A DNA stretch of 45,775 bases from the IMG/VR virus record IMGVR_UViG_3300017766_002962, positions 1-45,775 of that record; one strand, 5' to 3'. The stretch is from a virus. Taxonomy: Duplodnaviria > Caudoviricetes. The position numbers and the translations under genes were made by a program. The notes below the pieces were generated by a model. That model saw only the letters and a program-made list of their open reading frames with translations. It searched no databases and had not been told where the DNA came from. Numbering within the stretch: the stretch's first letter is position 1; the number at the start of each line of letters is the position of its first letter. This document shows positions 25,175 through 33,594 of this stretch, one piece after another.

Positions 25175-25522
25175 ATGGCGACAGGACTTCCGACAAAGCA
25201 CTACGTTGACGCAAACGGCGCGTACATCGGGGGGTTTGCCGGTGTGCGGCCGGATCCGATTTGGGTCGCAGGCGAAAATGGTGAACCGGAGTTGCAGCAG
25301 CCCGCCGACCAATGGCCGAGCATACCGGCCGGCGCTATCGAAGTGCCGTACCCGCCTGAATTCGCGTGTGACATCTGGAACGGCAACGGCTACACGCCCG
25401 GCAACCGTCCGGTGGTGGACCCTTCACCCCTCGACACCGTTCAGATGATGGCGGTGATCCAGAAGGTACAGGCCGACCCCGCCCTTGCGGCGGCGTTCAA
25501 GACTGCCCTTGGCATCCAATAG
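25175..25522 (+). CDS. Tail fibre assembly/associated protein
   Basis: YVDA.G.YIGGF...GAIEVP.PP...W motif; follows the fibre gene; SD AGGAG. Confidence 0.7.
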   Translation: MATGLPTKHYVDANGAYIGGFAGVRPDPIWVAGENGEPELQQPADQWPSIPAGAIEVPYPPEFACDIWNGNGYTPGNRPVVDPSPLDTVQMMAVIQKVQADPALAAAFKTALGIQ

Positions 25523-25676
25523 CCGTGTCGGGGATCGCGCTCATGCAGCCAAAGCAGGAGGTTCCCGTGCAGCCCGTTCCACCGCAGGCACCGCCGGCGT
25601 CGGCTTACCTGTTGCCGACCCCGCGGCAGGACGAACAGCAGCGTCGCAATTCAACCGTGGGAACGAGGGGGTAGTC

Positions 25677-25898
25677 ATGTCGGAGCGCCGAGCAGAGGAC
25701 CCGCGCATCAACAAACTGGTTGAGGACGTGTCCGAGTTGAAGGCCGGCCTTGCCGAGAACAACAAGACCACGGAACAGGTGCGCGACATCCTCACCTCGT
25801 TTCGCGTCCTGGCCACGGTGGCCAAATGGATTGCCGCCATAGGGGCTGGTTACGCAGCCGTCCGCCACGGCATTGACGGGTTCAACGGACACAAGTGA
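25677..25898 (+). CDS. Coiled-coil plus single-TM protein (holin/XhlA-like)
   Basis: MSERRAEDP...VAKWIAAIGAGYAAV; SD GAGGGG. Confidence 0.6.
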   Translation: MSERRAEDPRINKLVEDVSELKAGLAENNKTTEQVRDILTSFRVLATVAKWIAAIGAGYAAVRHGIDGFNGHK

Positions 25899-26263
25899 GC
25901 CTCCCGCTCACACCGGACATCCTCGAGGGGGTGTACGAGTTTCTGAGGCGATGCCCGCCCTTCCGTGGATGGAAGCTGCCCGAGCCGGACGCCGTTGAGT
26001 TCACCGTGCTTGGCGCAAGGGACCGGGAGGCGCATTACACCCGGTACAAGGGAACCGACGAACACATCATCGGCGTGTCATCCAATAGGGTGGGCCTGCT
26101 GCCTACGCTGATCGTGGCGATGGGCCACGAAATGATCCACTTGAAACAGGCCGTCACCAAGACCGAAACGCCCGGCGTGCAGCACAACGCCGAGTACCGC
26201 CGTATCGCCAAACAAGTCTGCCAGATGCACGGGTGGGACTTCGCCGCTTTTGTTGGAACCTAA
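25895..26263 (+). CDS. SprT-like zincin metalloprotease
   Basis: HEMIH (HExxH) plus a downstream HNAEY third ligand. Confidence 0.75.
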   Translation: MSLPLTPDILEGVYEFLRRCPPFRGWKLPEPDAVEFTVLGARDREAHYTRYKGTDEHIIGVSSNRVGLLPTLIVAMGHEMIHLKQAVTKTETPGVQHNAEYRRIAKQVCQMHGWDFAAFVGT

Positions 26264-26272
26264 GAGGACACC

Positions 26273-27508
26273 ATGCCAAACACCAGACTGACCCAAGCGC
26301 AGATGCAGCAGGCAGTGGACACGTTTGCCAAGGCAGAGGGCGTCGCAACCGTCGCCTCAGATATGCTCGGCATCCCAAGGGGCACGTTCCAGTGTCGATT
26401 GCGCGCGGCGCAGCAAGCCGGGCTCAAGCCATCGGCCGGCATCGCGGATCCGGAGAACATCAAGCATCTGCGCATGGAACTAAAGAGCGTGGAGAACGAG
26501 CTCGCCGCGCTCAAGAAACAAAAGTTGGACGAAACCACGGTGCGCAATGTCATCGTCGGGTTAAAGGACGCCATCGACGTTGCTGAAATACCATCGTGGC
26601 TGACAAACCGCAAGGCATCCAAGTCGCTGCCGGGGGTGCCAACCCTGTTCTGCTCGGATTGGCATTGGGGCGAGGTGGTGTCGCCAACGCAGGTCAACGG
26701 CGTCAACCAGTTCAACCTCAAGATCGCACGCACACGCTTGCGCAAGCTGGTCGAGTCGAGCGTGTACTTGCTCAAGATCATTTCCCCGAAGATGGACTAC
26801 CCGGGAATCGTCGTGCCCCTCGGCGGCAACATGATCAGCGGCGACATCCATGAGGAACTGGAAACGTCCAACGAAATGCCGACCATGCCCACGGTGCTCG
26901 ACCTCTACGGCAACCTGGTGTGGATGGTGAACGAACTGCTCAAACACTTCCCCCAAGTGTTCCTGCCCTGCGTCACCGGCAACCACGGTCGCAACACCCA
27001 CAAGATCAGGGCCAAGGGTCGTAACCACACGTCGTTCGACTGGTTGCTGTACTGCTTCCTGGCCAAACATTTCGAGGGCGACAAGCGCGTGCGCTTCTTC
27101 ATCCCCGATGGCAGCGACGCCTATTACAAGGTGTACGGCCATCGGTATCTGCTGACCCATGGCGACCAGTTCCGTGGTGGCGACGGGATGATTGGCGCGC
27201 TCGGTCCGATCATCCGGGGCGACCACAGGAAGCGCAGCCGCAACGGCCAGATCGGCATGGACTACGACACAATGCTCCTTGGTCATTTCCATCAATATAT
27301 CCACCTGACGCGCCTGATCGTGAACGGCTCGCTTAAAGGTTTGGACGAGTACAGCTACACGGCCAACTTCGGATTTGAGCAGCCGCAGCAGGCGTTGTGG
27401 CTGACCCATCCAACCAACGGCATCACCTTCCGGATGCCGGTGTTCATGGAGCAGAGCCGCGACGTCAAGCCCGCCGAGTGGGTGGCGTTTACGGGAGCCA
27501 GCGCATGA
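26273..27508 (+). CDS. HTH-coiled coil-calcineurin-like metallophosphoesterase
   Basis: Fis-like HTH (ASDMLGIPRGTFQCRL); SDWH, GGNM.SGDIH, GNHGR, THGD and GHFH motifs. Confidence 0.85.
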   Translation: MPNTRLTQAQMQQAVDTFAKAEGVATVASDMLGIPRGTFQCRLRAAQQAGLKPSAGIADPENIKHLRMELKSVENELAALKKQKLDETTVRNVIVGLKDAIDVAEIPSWLTNRKASKSLPGVPTLFCSDWHWGEVVSPTQVNGVNQFNLKIARTRLRKLVESSVYLLKIISPKMDYPGIVVPLGGNMISGDIHEELETSNEMPTMPTVLDLYGNLVWMVNELLKHFPQVFLPCVTGNHGRNTHKIRAKGRNHTSFDWLLYCFLAKHFEGDKRVRFFIPDGSDAYYKVYGHRYLLTHGDQFRGGDGMIGALGPIIRGDHRKRSRNGQIGMDYDTMLLGHFHQYIHLTRLIVNGSLKGLDEYSYTANFGFEQPQQALWLTHPTNGITFRMPVFMEQSRDVKPAEWVAFTGASA

Positions 27509-27876
27509 CGCGCGCTCCGACCAAAACCATAGTGGCGGACGACTTTGCACCCGGACGGATTGCGGAGTTCTGGTCAAAGGTGCGTTTGACCGCGGCCGGC
27601 TGCATGGAGTTTGGCGGATCGGAAAGGGTCAAGGGCTATGGGTGCGTAGAGATGCGAGGTCGCACGTCGCGGTCCCATCGGAGGGCGCTTGCGCACCGCG
27701 CGGCTTACGCCATGACGTGGGGCGAGTGCCCGGGTGATCGCGTCCTACTCCATTCCTGCGACAACCCGATATGCGTCAACCCGGCGCATCTGACCCTCGG
27801 CACCCAGGCAGAGAACGTGGCCGACATGGTGGCCAAAGGGCGCGCGAGATTCTACGGAAGGAAACAGGCAGCATGA
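27505..27876 (+). CDS. HNH homing endonuclease
   Basis: AHR.AY...LHSCDNPICVNPAHL.LGT..EN..DM..KGR. Confidence 0.9.
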   Translation: MTRAPTKTIVADDFAPGRIAEFWSKVRLTAAGCMEFGGSERVKGYGCVEMRGRTSRSHRRALAHRAAYAMTWGECPGDRVLLHSCDNPICVNPAHLTLGTQAENVADMVAKGRARFYGRKQAA

Positions 27877-28346
27877 CCGACTTCGACAAGGCATTCCAAA
27901 TCATCATTGGCTCCGAGGGCGGGTATGTGAACGACCCGCGCGACCCCGGTGGTGAAACAAAATACGGCATCACGAAGCGCGACCACCCGACCATGGACAT
28001 CGCCAACCTGACCATTGACGACGCCAAGAACACCTACCTCGAGGGCTACTGGCGTCCGGCGCATTGCGGCGATCTACCATGGCCGCTATCCCTGTACGTG
28101 TTCGACGCCGCGGTGAATCAGGGCGTGGGCACGGCCATCAAGCTGCTGCAAAAATCCCTCGGCACGGTGCAGGACGGGCTCATGGGGCGAAACACCCTGA
28201 CCGCGATAGCCAAAGCGGACCAACGGGAGTTGTGCGCGCTATACCTGGCCGACCGCGCACTTAGGTATAACGGCACCCGCAATTTCGATGTGTACGGACG
28301 GGGCTGGCTCCGCCGCCTGTTCAAAACCGTGATGGAGGCAACATGA
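27873..28346 (+). CDS. Endolysin, glycoside hydrolase family 108
   Basis: EGGYVNDPRDPGGETKYGIT, FDAAVNQG and GWLRR motifs. Confidence 0.95.
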   Translation: MTDFDKAFQIIIGSEGGYVNDPRDPGGETKYGITKRDHPTMDIANLTIDDAKNTYLEGYWRPAHCGDLPWPLSLYVFDAAVNQGVGTAIKLLQKSLGTVQDGLMGRNTLTAIAKADQRELCALYLADRALRYNGTRNFDVYGRGWLRRLFKTVMEAT

Positions 28347-28744
28347 ACCCGCTACTGCTCGGACCCCTGCTCGAAATCGGCAAGAGCATCATCGACCGAT
28401 TCCTCCCCGACCCCGAAAAGAAAGCCGCGGCGGAGATGGAACTGCTCAAGATGGCGGCCGACGGCGACATGAAGCAGCTGCTCGCCCAACTGGAAATCAA
28501 CGCCAAGGAAGCGCAGAACCCGTCGCTGTTCGTGGCCGGTGGCCGACCCCTGTTCATGTGGATCGGGGGCTTTGGCTTTGGCTACGCGACCATCGTGCAG
28601 CCCTTCCTCGCCTGGGTGGCGCTGATCAAGGGCTGGCCGGCGCCGCCCGACGTGAACGTGGACTTGCTGTGGGTGGTCATCACAGGCTTGCTTGGCATCG
28701 GCACCCTGCGCACCGTCGAGAAAACCAAGGGCGTGACAAAGTGA
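28343..28744 (+). CDS. Holin of 3TMs (DUF3154/GTA-type)
   Basis: IDRFLPDP...FVAG.RP...W...LLGIG.LRT.EK.KGV. Confidence 0.85.
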   Translation: MNPLLLGPLLEIGKSIIDRFLPDPEKKAAAEMELLKMAADGDMKQLLAQLEINAKEAQNPSLFVAGGRPLFMWIGGFGFGYATIVQPFLAWVALIKGWPAPPDVNVDLLWVVITGLLGIGTLRTVEKTKGVTK

Positions 28745-28893
28745 CACCCTGGGAACTCGGCCTCGCCAGCCTGCTATATCTCTCCGTGGCGTACCGCTAC
28801 CAAGGGCACGGCGACCTCGGCATGGCGTTCGCCTTCCTGTGCTATGCCGGGGCCAACTTCGGGTTCATGTACTCGGCAACGCACTTCCGTTAA
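28741..28893 (+). CDS. Small two-TM membrane protein (50 aa)
   Basis: GTGA overlap; MTPWELGLASLLYL...AFLCYAGANFGF. Confidence 0.6.
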   Translation: MTPWELGLASLLYLSVAYRYQGHGDLGMAFAFLCYAGANFGFMYSATHFR

Positions 28894-30016
28894 GCATCGC
28901 CTCAATCCGTCCAGCCACATCGCCGGCCGCAGCCACCGCATTGGTTTCGATCAACGCGCTGTAAATCTTGGTCGTCTGCGCCGACTTCTGGCCGAGCAAT
29001 TCACCCATGAGCCCGGCCTGCTGGCCATTGGACAGGCCTGTGACCACGAACGTCCGGCGGGAATCTCGAGCCCACAAGTCCTCGCAGCCAGCCTCCTTGC
29101 GCACCTTCAACCACAGGCGCCGCGGGGATTTGCAGCCGATCAAGCTATCGCCTTTGGCGGGCAGCGCGTCGATGCGCGATAGGGCTTGAGGCGGCAGGAA
29201 CACGTCACGCTGGCCCCGCTTGCCGTAGTCGATGCGCAGCACCCCCCACTCGGCATCGCCCACCTTGAAGCGTTCCAACTGGCTTTTCTTGGCCCGCTCA
29301 ATCTCGGACGGCCGCGCCCCGGAGAACAGCAGGGCGTAGAGAAAGGCAGCGCCGCGGGGATGAGCGGCGGCGTACTTGTCGATGAGGGCGCCGATCTTGC
29401 CGAGCTCATCCGGTTTGGCGAAGCGCCGGCGTTTCAGTTCAGGGAATCGGGGTACTGATCGGCAGGGATTCGAACCAGGATCTCGCCACTCGTATCGCTC
29501 GGCCAGATGGAACAGTTTGGAGAGCACAGCCAAGGTGCGGTTGGCTTCGATGGGGGTAGCTTTAAGTGCAGTATGAACCCCAACGATGTCCGAGTAACGT
29601 ACGGTTCGCACTTGATGACGGCCGATCCGGGGCCTAGCATGAGCATCGTACAGCCTCTTTGCGTCCTTGTCCCATTGGCGCCCTTTGTTGTAGTGGTCCT
29701 TCTCGGCCTTGTCCCACAGGTCGTTGACCAGCGGGTCGCCGCGTTCCTGGGTGCGCTCGCGCATCGGGTCGCGGCCACTGGCCACCGCGGATAGCATCTC
29801 CCGCGCGTTTGTGCGAACATCACCTATTGCGATTATACCAACATCGCCCATCTTCGGGCGACGCTCCTGGCCAGCCTTGGTGCGAAAGTACAAAAAGAAA
29901 GTGCGCTTGTCGCCACGGCGGCGGACGTGCAGGCCGGGAACCTGCGTGTCATTGAGGGTTTCCCCGTCGGCCATGGCTTCAATGGCCGTGTTGGTGAGCA
30001 TCAGTTTGCGTGCCAT
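28865..30016 (-). CDS. int: Tyrosine integrase with an N-terminal arm-binding domain
   Basis: D..VPGL arm domain; catalytic R (SGARPSEI), K, ARDSRR, LGQ and Y (TTKIY). Confidence 0.93.
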   Translation of the reverse strand: MARKLMLTNTAIEAMADGETLNDTQVPGLHVRRRGDKRTFFLYFRTKAGQERRPKMGDVGIIAIGDVRTNAREMLSAVASGRDPMRERTQERGDPLVNDLWDKAEKDHYNKGRQWDKDAKRLYDAHARPRIGRHQVRTVRYSDIVGVHTALKATPIEANRTLAVLSKLFHLAERYEWRDPGSNPCRSVPRFPELKRRRFAKPDELGKIGALIDKYAAAHPRGAAFLYALLFSGARPSEIERAKKSQLERFKVGDAEWGVLRIDYGKRGQRDVFLPPQALSRIDALPAKGDSLIGCKSPRRLWLKVRKEAGCEDLWARDSRRTFVVTGLSNGQQAGLMGELLGQKSAQTTKIYSALIETNAVAAAGDVAGRIEAMLNGSALPST

Positions 30017-30040
30017 CAGTATCTCCGTTGATCAGTAATC

Positions 30041-30288
30041 AGGTCGCACATAGGTCGCACAATTCGAAAATCAGTGATTAGATTATCGCATCATGGTGTT
30101 ATAGCGCAATCGCTTTTTAAAATCGCAAGACGGTGGTAAGATAAGCGCCTGATTCTTTTGGGAAGTCATACCGACTTTTAATCCGTTGGTCGGCGGTTCG
30201 AATCCGCCACGGCCTACCAAAATAATCAGCCACTTAGGGAAGGGTGAACTTCTCTAGGTGGCGTGTCAAGTCGCATAGGGGTCGCAAG
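30041..30288. mobile_element. attP region: core plus integrase arm-type repeats
   Basis: AGGTCGCACA twice (30041, 30052) and AAGTCGCATA/GGGTCGCAAG (30268, 30279), each pair 11 bp apart, flanking the tRNA core. Confidence 0.8.
30173..30219 (+). tRNA. 3' half of tRNA-Lys(UUU); attP core, not a complete tRNA
   Basis: GACTTTTAATCCG anticodon loop, GGCGG-TTCGAAT-CCGCC T-arm, ends ACGGCCTACCA; no D-arm or 5' acceptor strand. Confidence 0.9.
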
Positions 30289-30328
30289 CGCCCCGTGGCA
30301 TTGGCGTTTGGTCTTAACTTGGGAGGGG

Positions 30329-30453
30329 CGGAGCCTGTGGCTTTAATAGGGAATCGCGTCCGACCCCACCACAGGCTCCGGTACTGCAGAAACCCGCTTG
30401 GTGCGCTGTGCAACGCCCACCTATCTCTAAGGGGCAAGCGTAGCGGGTGTTGT
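30329..30453 (-). ncRNA. Candidate structured small RNA with two long hairpins
   Basis: 12-bp perfect stem 30329-30340/30369-30380; 7-bp stem 30392-30398/30442-30448; minus-strand TATAAT at 30465-30460. Confidence 0.4.
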
Positions 30454-30491
30454 TGGCGTATTATACCGCCGTCGATAAACGGAGGAAATCG

Positions 30492-30707
30492 ATGAAGCCG
30501 ATAGCACTGATTGTTTTGTGGGTCAGCATTACATCCTGTACCACAACGCCGATGACGCCCGAGGAAGAAGCCCGTTACAGCGCCAACCTGCGCGCCCTGG
30601 GGGAAACCTTCGGGTCCATCGGGGATAGCTACCAGAGGACCGGGCAGTCGGGGCCTGTGCGCTGTGATCGGAACTTTCGGACAGGGCAGATGGAGTGTCC
30701 GCGGTAA
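30492..30707 (+). CDS. Small lipoprotein (moron; possible superinfection exclusion)
   Basis: SD GGAGG; MKPIALIVLWVSITS-C lipobox-like signal; opposite orientation to the adjacent operon. Confidence 0.7.
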   Translation: MKPIALIVLWVSITSCTTTPMTPEEEARYSANLRALGETFGSIGDSYQRTGQSGPVRCDRNFRTGQMECPR

Positions 30708-30754
30708 TCTGAAAAACGCCTGCGTTCTCCGCAAATCGACCGGAAACTGCGTGG

Positions 30755-31396
30755 CTATCTGAAAATCGGGTTGTTGGCCTCAAACACCGCCCGCGCAAAC
30801 CCCGCCGGCGTGGCGCTGCGCAGGTTGGCGCGTTCCTCGGAGGGCGGCAGGCCGTGCATACGGCTCCCCTCCGTAGCCGGTATGGGCCGCGGCTCTGGCA
30901 TCACAAAACCGTTTCCGGTCCACAGGCAGGTTTTCTTGGTGTAAGCGTCACCTTCGCCGCCCGGATAGCCCCCGTACTCGTTCGGGTTGAAGTAGTGATC
31001 TGGCTTGCCAATGTGCGGGATGGAGGTCAGCATCGTGACGGGGTGCTCCAAGCAGTACGGCGCCCCGGACCACGCGCCCGCCAGCCTGCACGCCTCAAAC
31101 ACCTCGAGCGAATCGCGCAGCATCATACCGCCTTTTTTCTCGAAGTCCCGTGCGCCGCTCACTGCGTCATGCGTACAAAACGGGAAAGCAGCCACGAAGC
31201 ATATCTCGCGCCCTTCCGGTGGTCGCCAAGTGCGAACGTCGCCCCACACGAATCGGGTGTTGCCGTCCACCCGATCATTTCGGATGGAATGCTGGATGTC
31301 CACGCAGTAGCATTCGATGCCGGCCGCAGCCCACGGGCGGGCCATGATGCCGGTGTAGTCGCACAAAAAAACGGCTATCGGACCCACTACTCCCAT
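30755..31396 (-). CDS. Dcm-like C5 cytosine methyltransferase (short phage type)
   Basis: FLCDYTG...PW, CVDI, GDV, FPFCTH.AVSGAR, YTKKTCLW and RSATPAGFA motifs. Confidence 0.75.
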   Translation of the reverse strand: MGVVGPIAVFLCDYTGIMARPWAAAGIECYCVDIQHSIRNDRVDGNTRFVWGDVRTWRPPEGREICFVAAFPFCTHDAVSGARDFEKKGGMMLRDSLEVFEACRLAGAWSGAPYCLEHPVTMLTSIPHIGKPDHYFNPNEYGGYPGGEGDAYTKKTCLWTGNGFVMPEPRPIPATEGSRMHGLPPSEERANLRSATPAGFARAVFEANNPIFR

Positions 31397-33594
31397 TCCC
31401 CCTTGCGACCGATAAACGTATCCCAATCGGCGCGCGCCTTGTCGATGGCGGGCAGGGTGTACACGTAGGGCTGTGACCCATCCGACTGGCGGGACTTGCG
31501 CACATGCTCGACAGATGGGGCGCACTTCTTGAGCTCCTTGCCAAAGGCGCGTGGATCGGGGAGCCTCGCCGTGACGCGGCGGTCTTGGCAGAAGCGCCGA
31601 AACGCGGCTTGCATCCGGGAGCACTCAACGTGCGGCGGCCAGTCCTCAAAGTCCGCGCCGGCGATGACGCCTTGCTCAAGGCAGTTGAGCCACCACGTAT
31701 GCACGTTGTCTAGCGACTGGACTTTCTGGTCAACGAGGGCTTGCGTATTCGGAGCGGCGTTGATGTCGATCCCCGAAAGATCGAAGTCAAGCAGGTAGCG
31801 CAAGAGCACAGCGTATCCTCCCGCCTCCATGCCTTCGCGCATCTGCTGGAAATACTCGCGGTCTTGTTTCCGACCAGCGCCAACGGAGAAAACTGCAAAG
31901 CGCCTTTCATCGTGGGACGCAGGAACAATCCATTCTTCGTTACCGATGACCACGACCCGAGTCCGGTTATCGACCTTGTACGGCTCCTTGCCCTTGTGCT
32001 CGATGACATGCTCTCTCCCCGTGATCAGGTCTTTGATGATGCCTTCGGTGGATTTGTCGCCTGACCAAAATGCTTCGTCCAGTGCCAGCATTAGGCAAGC
32101 CTCAAGGTGACTGTTGAAGTTGCCGGTGAGGTAGCGTTTATTCGACGTGAGCAAGTAGTGGTTGCCGAGCAGGTGGCCGATGCGGTCGATCAGCGCGTTC
32201 TTGCCAACGCCCTTGGCGCCCTTGAACACCAAAGCGACCAGCGGCTTCTCCCATGGGCGCTGGATGAGGTGGGCGAACCAGCCCATCAGCCAGCGGTATA
32301 ACGCCAGATCGCCCTGGCACACGTTGTCGCGGGCGTGGTCGAGGAACATATCGACGGCAGGATGCTTGCCCGCCGGTCCCGGCTCCACGCTGAACCCCCG
32401 CCACAGGTTGTAAAAGCGCGATGGGGCCTCAAGGCCCGGAGAGAACACGATGCCATCGAACGAACGCCGGCCTTCCCATTCCAGCCAGGCATCGGTCAAG
32501 TCCACCGCCTTCTTGCCGACCTGAAACTTCTTGGCCTTGAACTTCATGTTGAAGGCGTACATGGACAGGTGCTCGAGCGCGTAGTTGTCCTTGGCGTCTG
32601 TCGTTTCCCACAAGATATGCGCGCCGCCGCCGGCGATTACAAAGGCGAATTCGCTATTCAGTTTGTCGAAGGGGTGCTTGTTGTTCACGTCTGCCGGCTG
32701 TACACGTTCCGTGAACGTGTCGGTTTTCTGAACATTTTTCGACACGACGGGTTCGAAGTCGGCCTCTGGCGCCGCGGCGCCGGGGGTTTCGTTGCCGTAT
32801 CGGTAGGCGTTGCGCACCTTCTCCCACAACTCGTCTAGCCCCCACGGTGGCTGGCACCGCGCGTTCCAACCATCTTGCATCAGGCCAAAGCATTGCTGCG
32901 CGTCAAGGCCAAAGTCCTTGACCCTGGCCGCCACCTTGTACGTCGTCTGGTCGCCCGCCGCGCCTTCAAGGGCAATGGGGGCTTCGTTCTTGAGGTAGTG
33001 CAGAGCGCGACGGAGGGCGGCTTCCTGATCAACGGGCACCGGATCGGCCTGCGGCCTCTCGGGTCGGTCTTTCGACCTCCCGCACCTCTCAATCAGCCAC
33101 GCGGGAGCATCTGCGACGGGAGCATCGACGGAAATTTCGTAGGAGCGTCCGTCGATGGTTGAACCGGGTCCGACCACATAGCCGCCACGGCTTCGTACAT
33201 CGACACCTTTTCCCAGGACATCGGCCCCTTGCTTAACTGGTGCCGCGACTCGATAGAAATAATGTTCGCCGCCAGTTGGAGTTCTTGTCGTGAAGGTTTC
33301 AGGGAAATCAAATCCTGCGATTTCAAGCCCGAGAACAGTTGCGCTTCCATTTTTATTTCCTTTGTTGTCCACATCTACGACGAGCAGATCGACACCCGTG
33401 TAGATGCCGATGTTTGAGTCCGGGTATCGCGTCCACGCGGACTGCAACTTGGCCGCGTCGTCAGTCGCCCACGTCTTGAACTTGACGGCAGGGCATTTGC
33501 CTTCACTGCCTTCGTCGCCCATCGGCCAAGGGAGAATCGGGAATACCTTGAACCCTCGCGCAGCGAGTGAGAGGGCGTGGTCTAGGAGCGTCAT
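31387..33594 (-). CDS. Bifunctional primase-polymerase fused to an SF3 helicase (DUF5906-type)
   Basis: VFPI...K.P, VDVD.K, TPTGG.H.FY and DVR..GGYVV motifs; Walker A GAKGVGKN; DE; DERRF. Confidence 0.92.
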   Translation of the reverse strand: MTLLDHALSLAARGFKVFPILPWPMGDEGSEGKCPAVKFKTWATDDAAKLQSAWTRYPDSNIGIYTGVDLLVVDVDNKGNKNGSATVLGLEIAGFDFPETFTTRTPTGGEHYFYRVAAPVKQGADVLGKGVDVRSRGGYVVGPGSTIDGRSYEISVDAPVADAPAWLIERCGRSKDRPERPQADPVPVDQEAALRRALHYLKNEAPIALEGAAGDQTTYKVAARVKDFGLDAQQCFGLMQDGWNARCQPPWGLDELWEKVRNAYRYGNETPGAAAPEADFEPVVSKNVQKTDTFTERVQPADVNNKHPFDKLNSEFAFVIAGGGAHILWETTDAKDNYALEHLSMYAFNMKFKAKKFQVGKKAVDLTDAWLEWEGRRSFDGIVFSPGLEAPSRFYNLWRGFSVEPGPAGKHPAVDMFLDHARDNVCQGDLALYRWLMGWFAHLIQRPWEKPLVALVFKGAKGVGKNALIDRIGHLLGNHYLLTSNKRYLTGNFNSHLEACLMLALDEAFWSGDKSTEGIIKDLITGREHVIEHKGKEPYKVDNRTRVVVIGNEEWIVPASHDERRFAVFSVGAGRKQDREYFQQMREGMEAGGYAVLLRYLLDFDLSGIDINAAPNTQALVDQKVQSLDNVHTWWLNCLEQGVIAGADFEDWPPHVECSRMQAAFRRFCQDRRVTARLPDPRAFGKELKKCAPSVEHVRKSRQSDGSQPYVYTLPAIDKARADWDTFIGRKGEWE

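Noticed and set aside
25543-25674. 43-aa Pro/Gln-rich ORF between the fibre-associated gene and the holin-like gene
   Set aside because: Weak RBS, low complexity and no recognisable motif; left uncalled
30173-30219. Functional phage tRNA-Lys gene
   Set aside because: The 5' acceptor strand and D-arm are absent; it is an attP core
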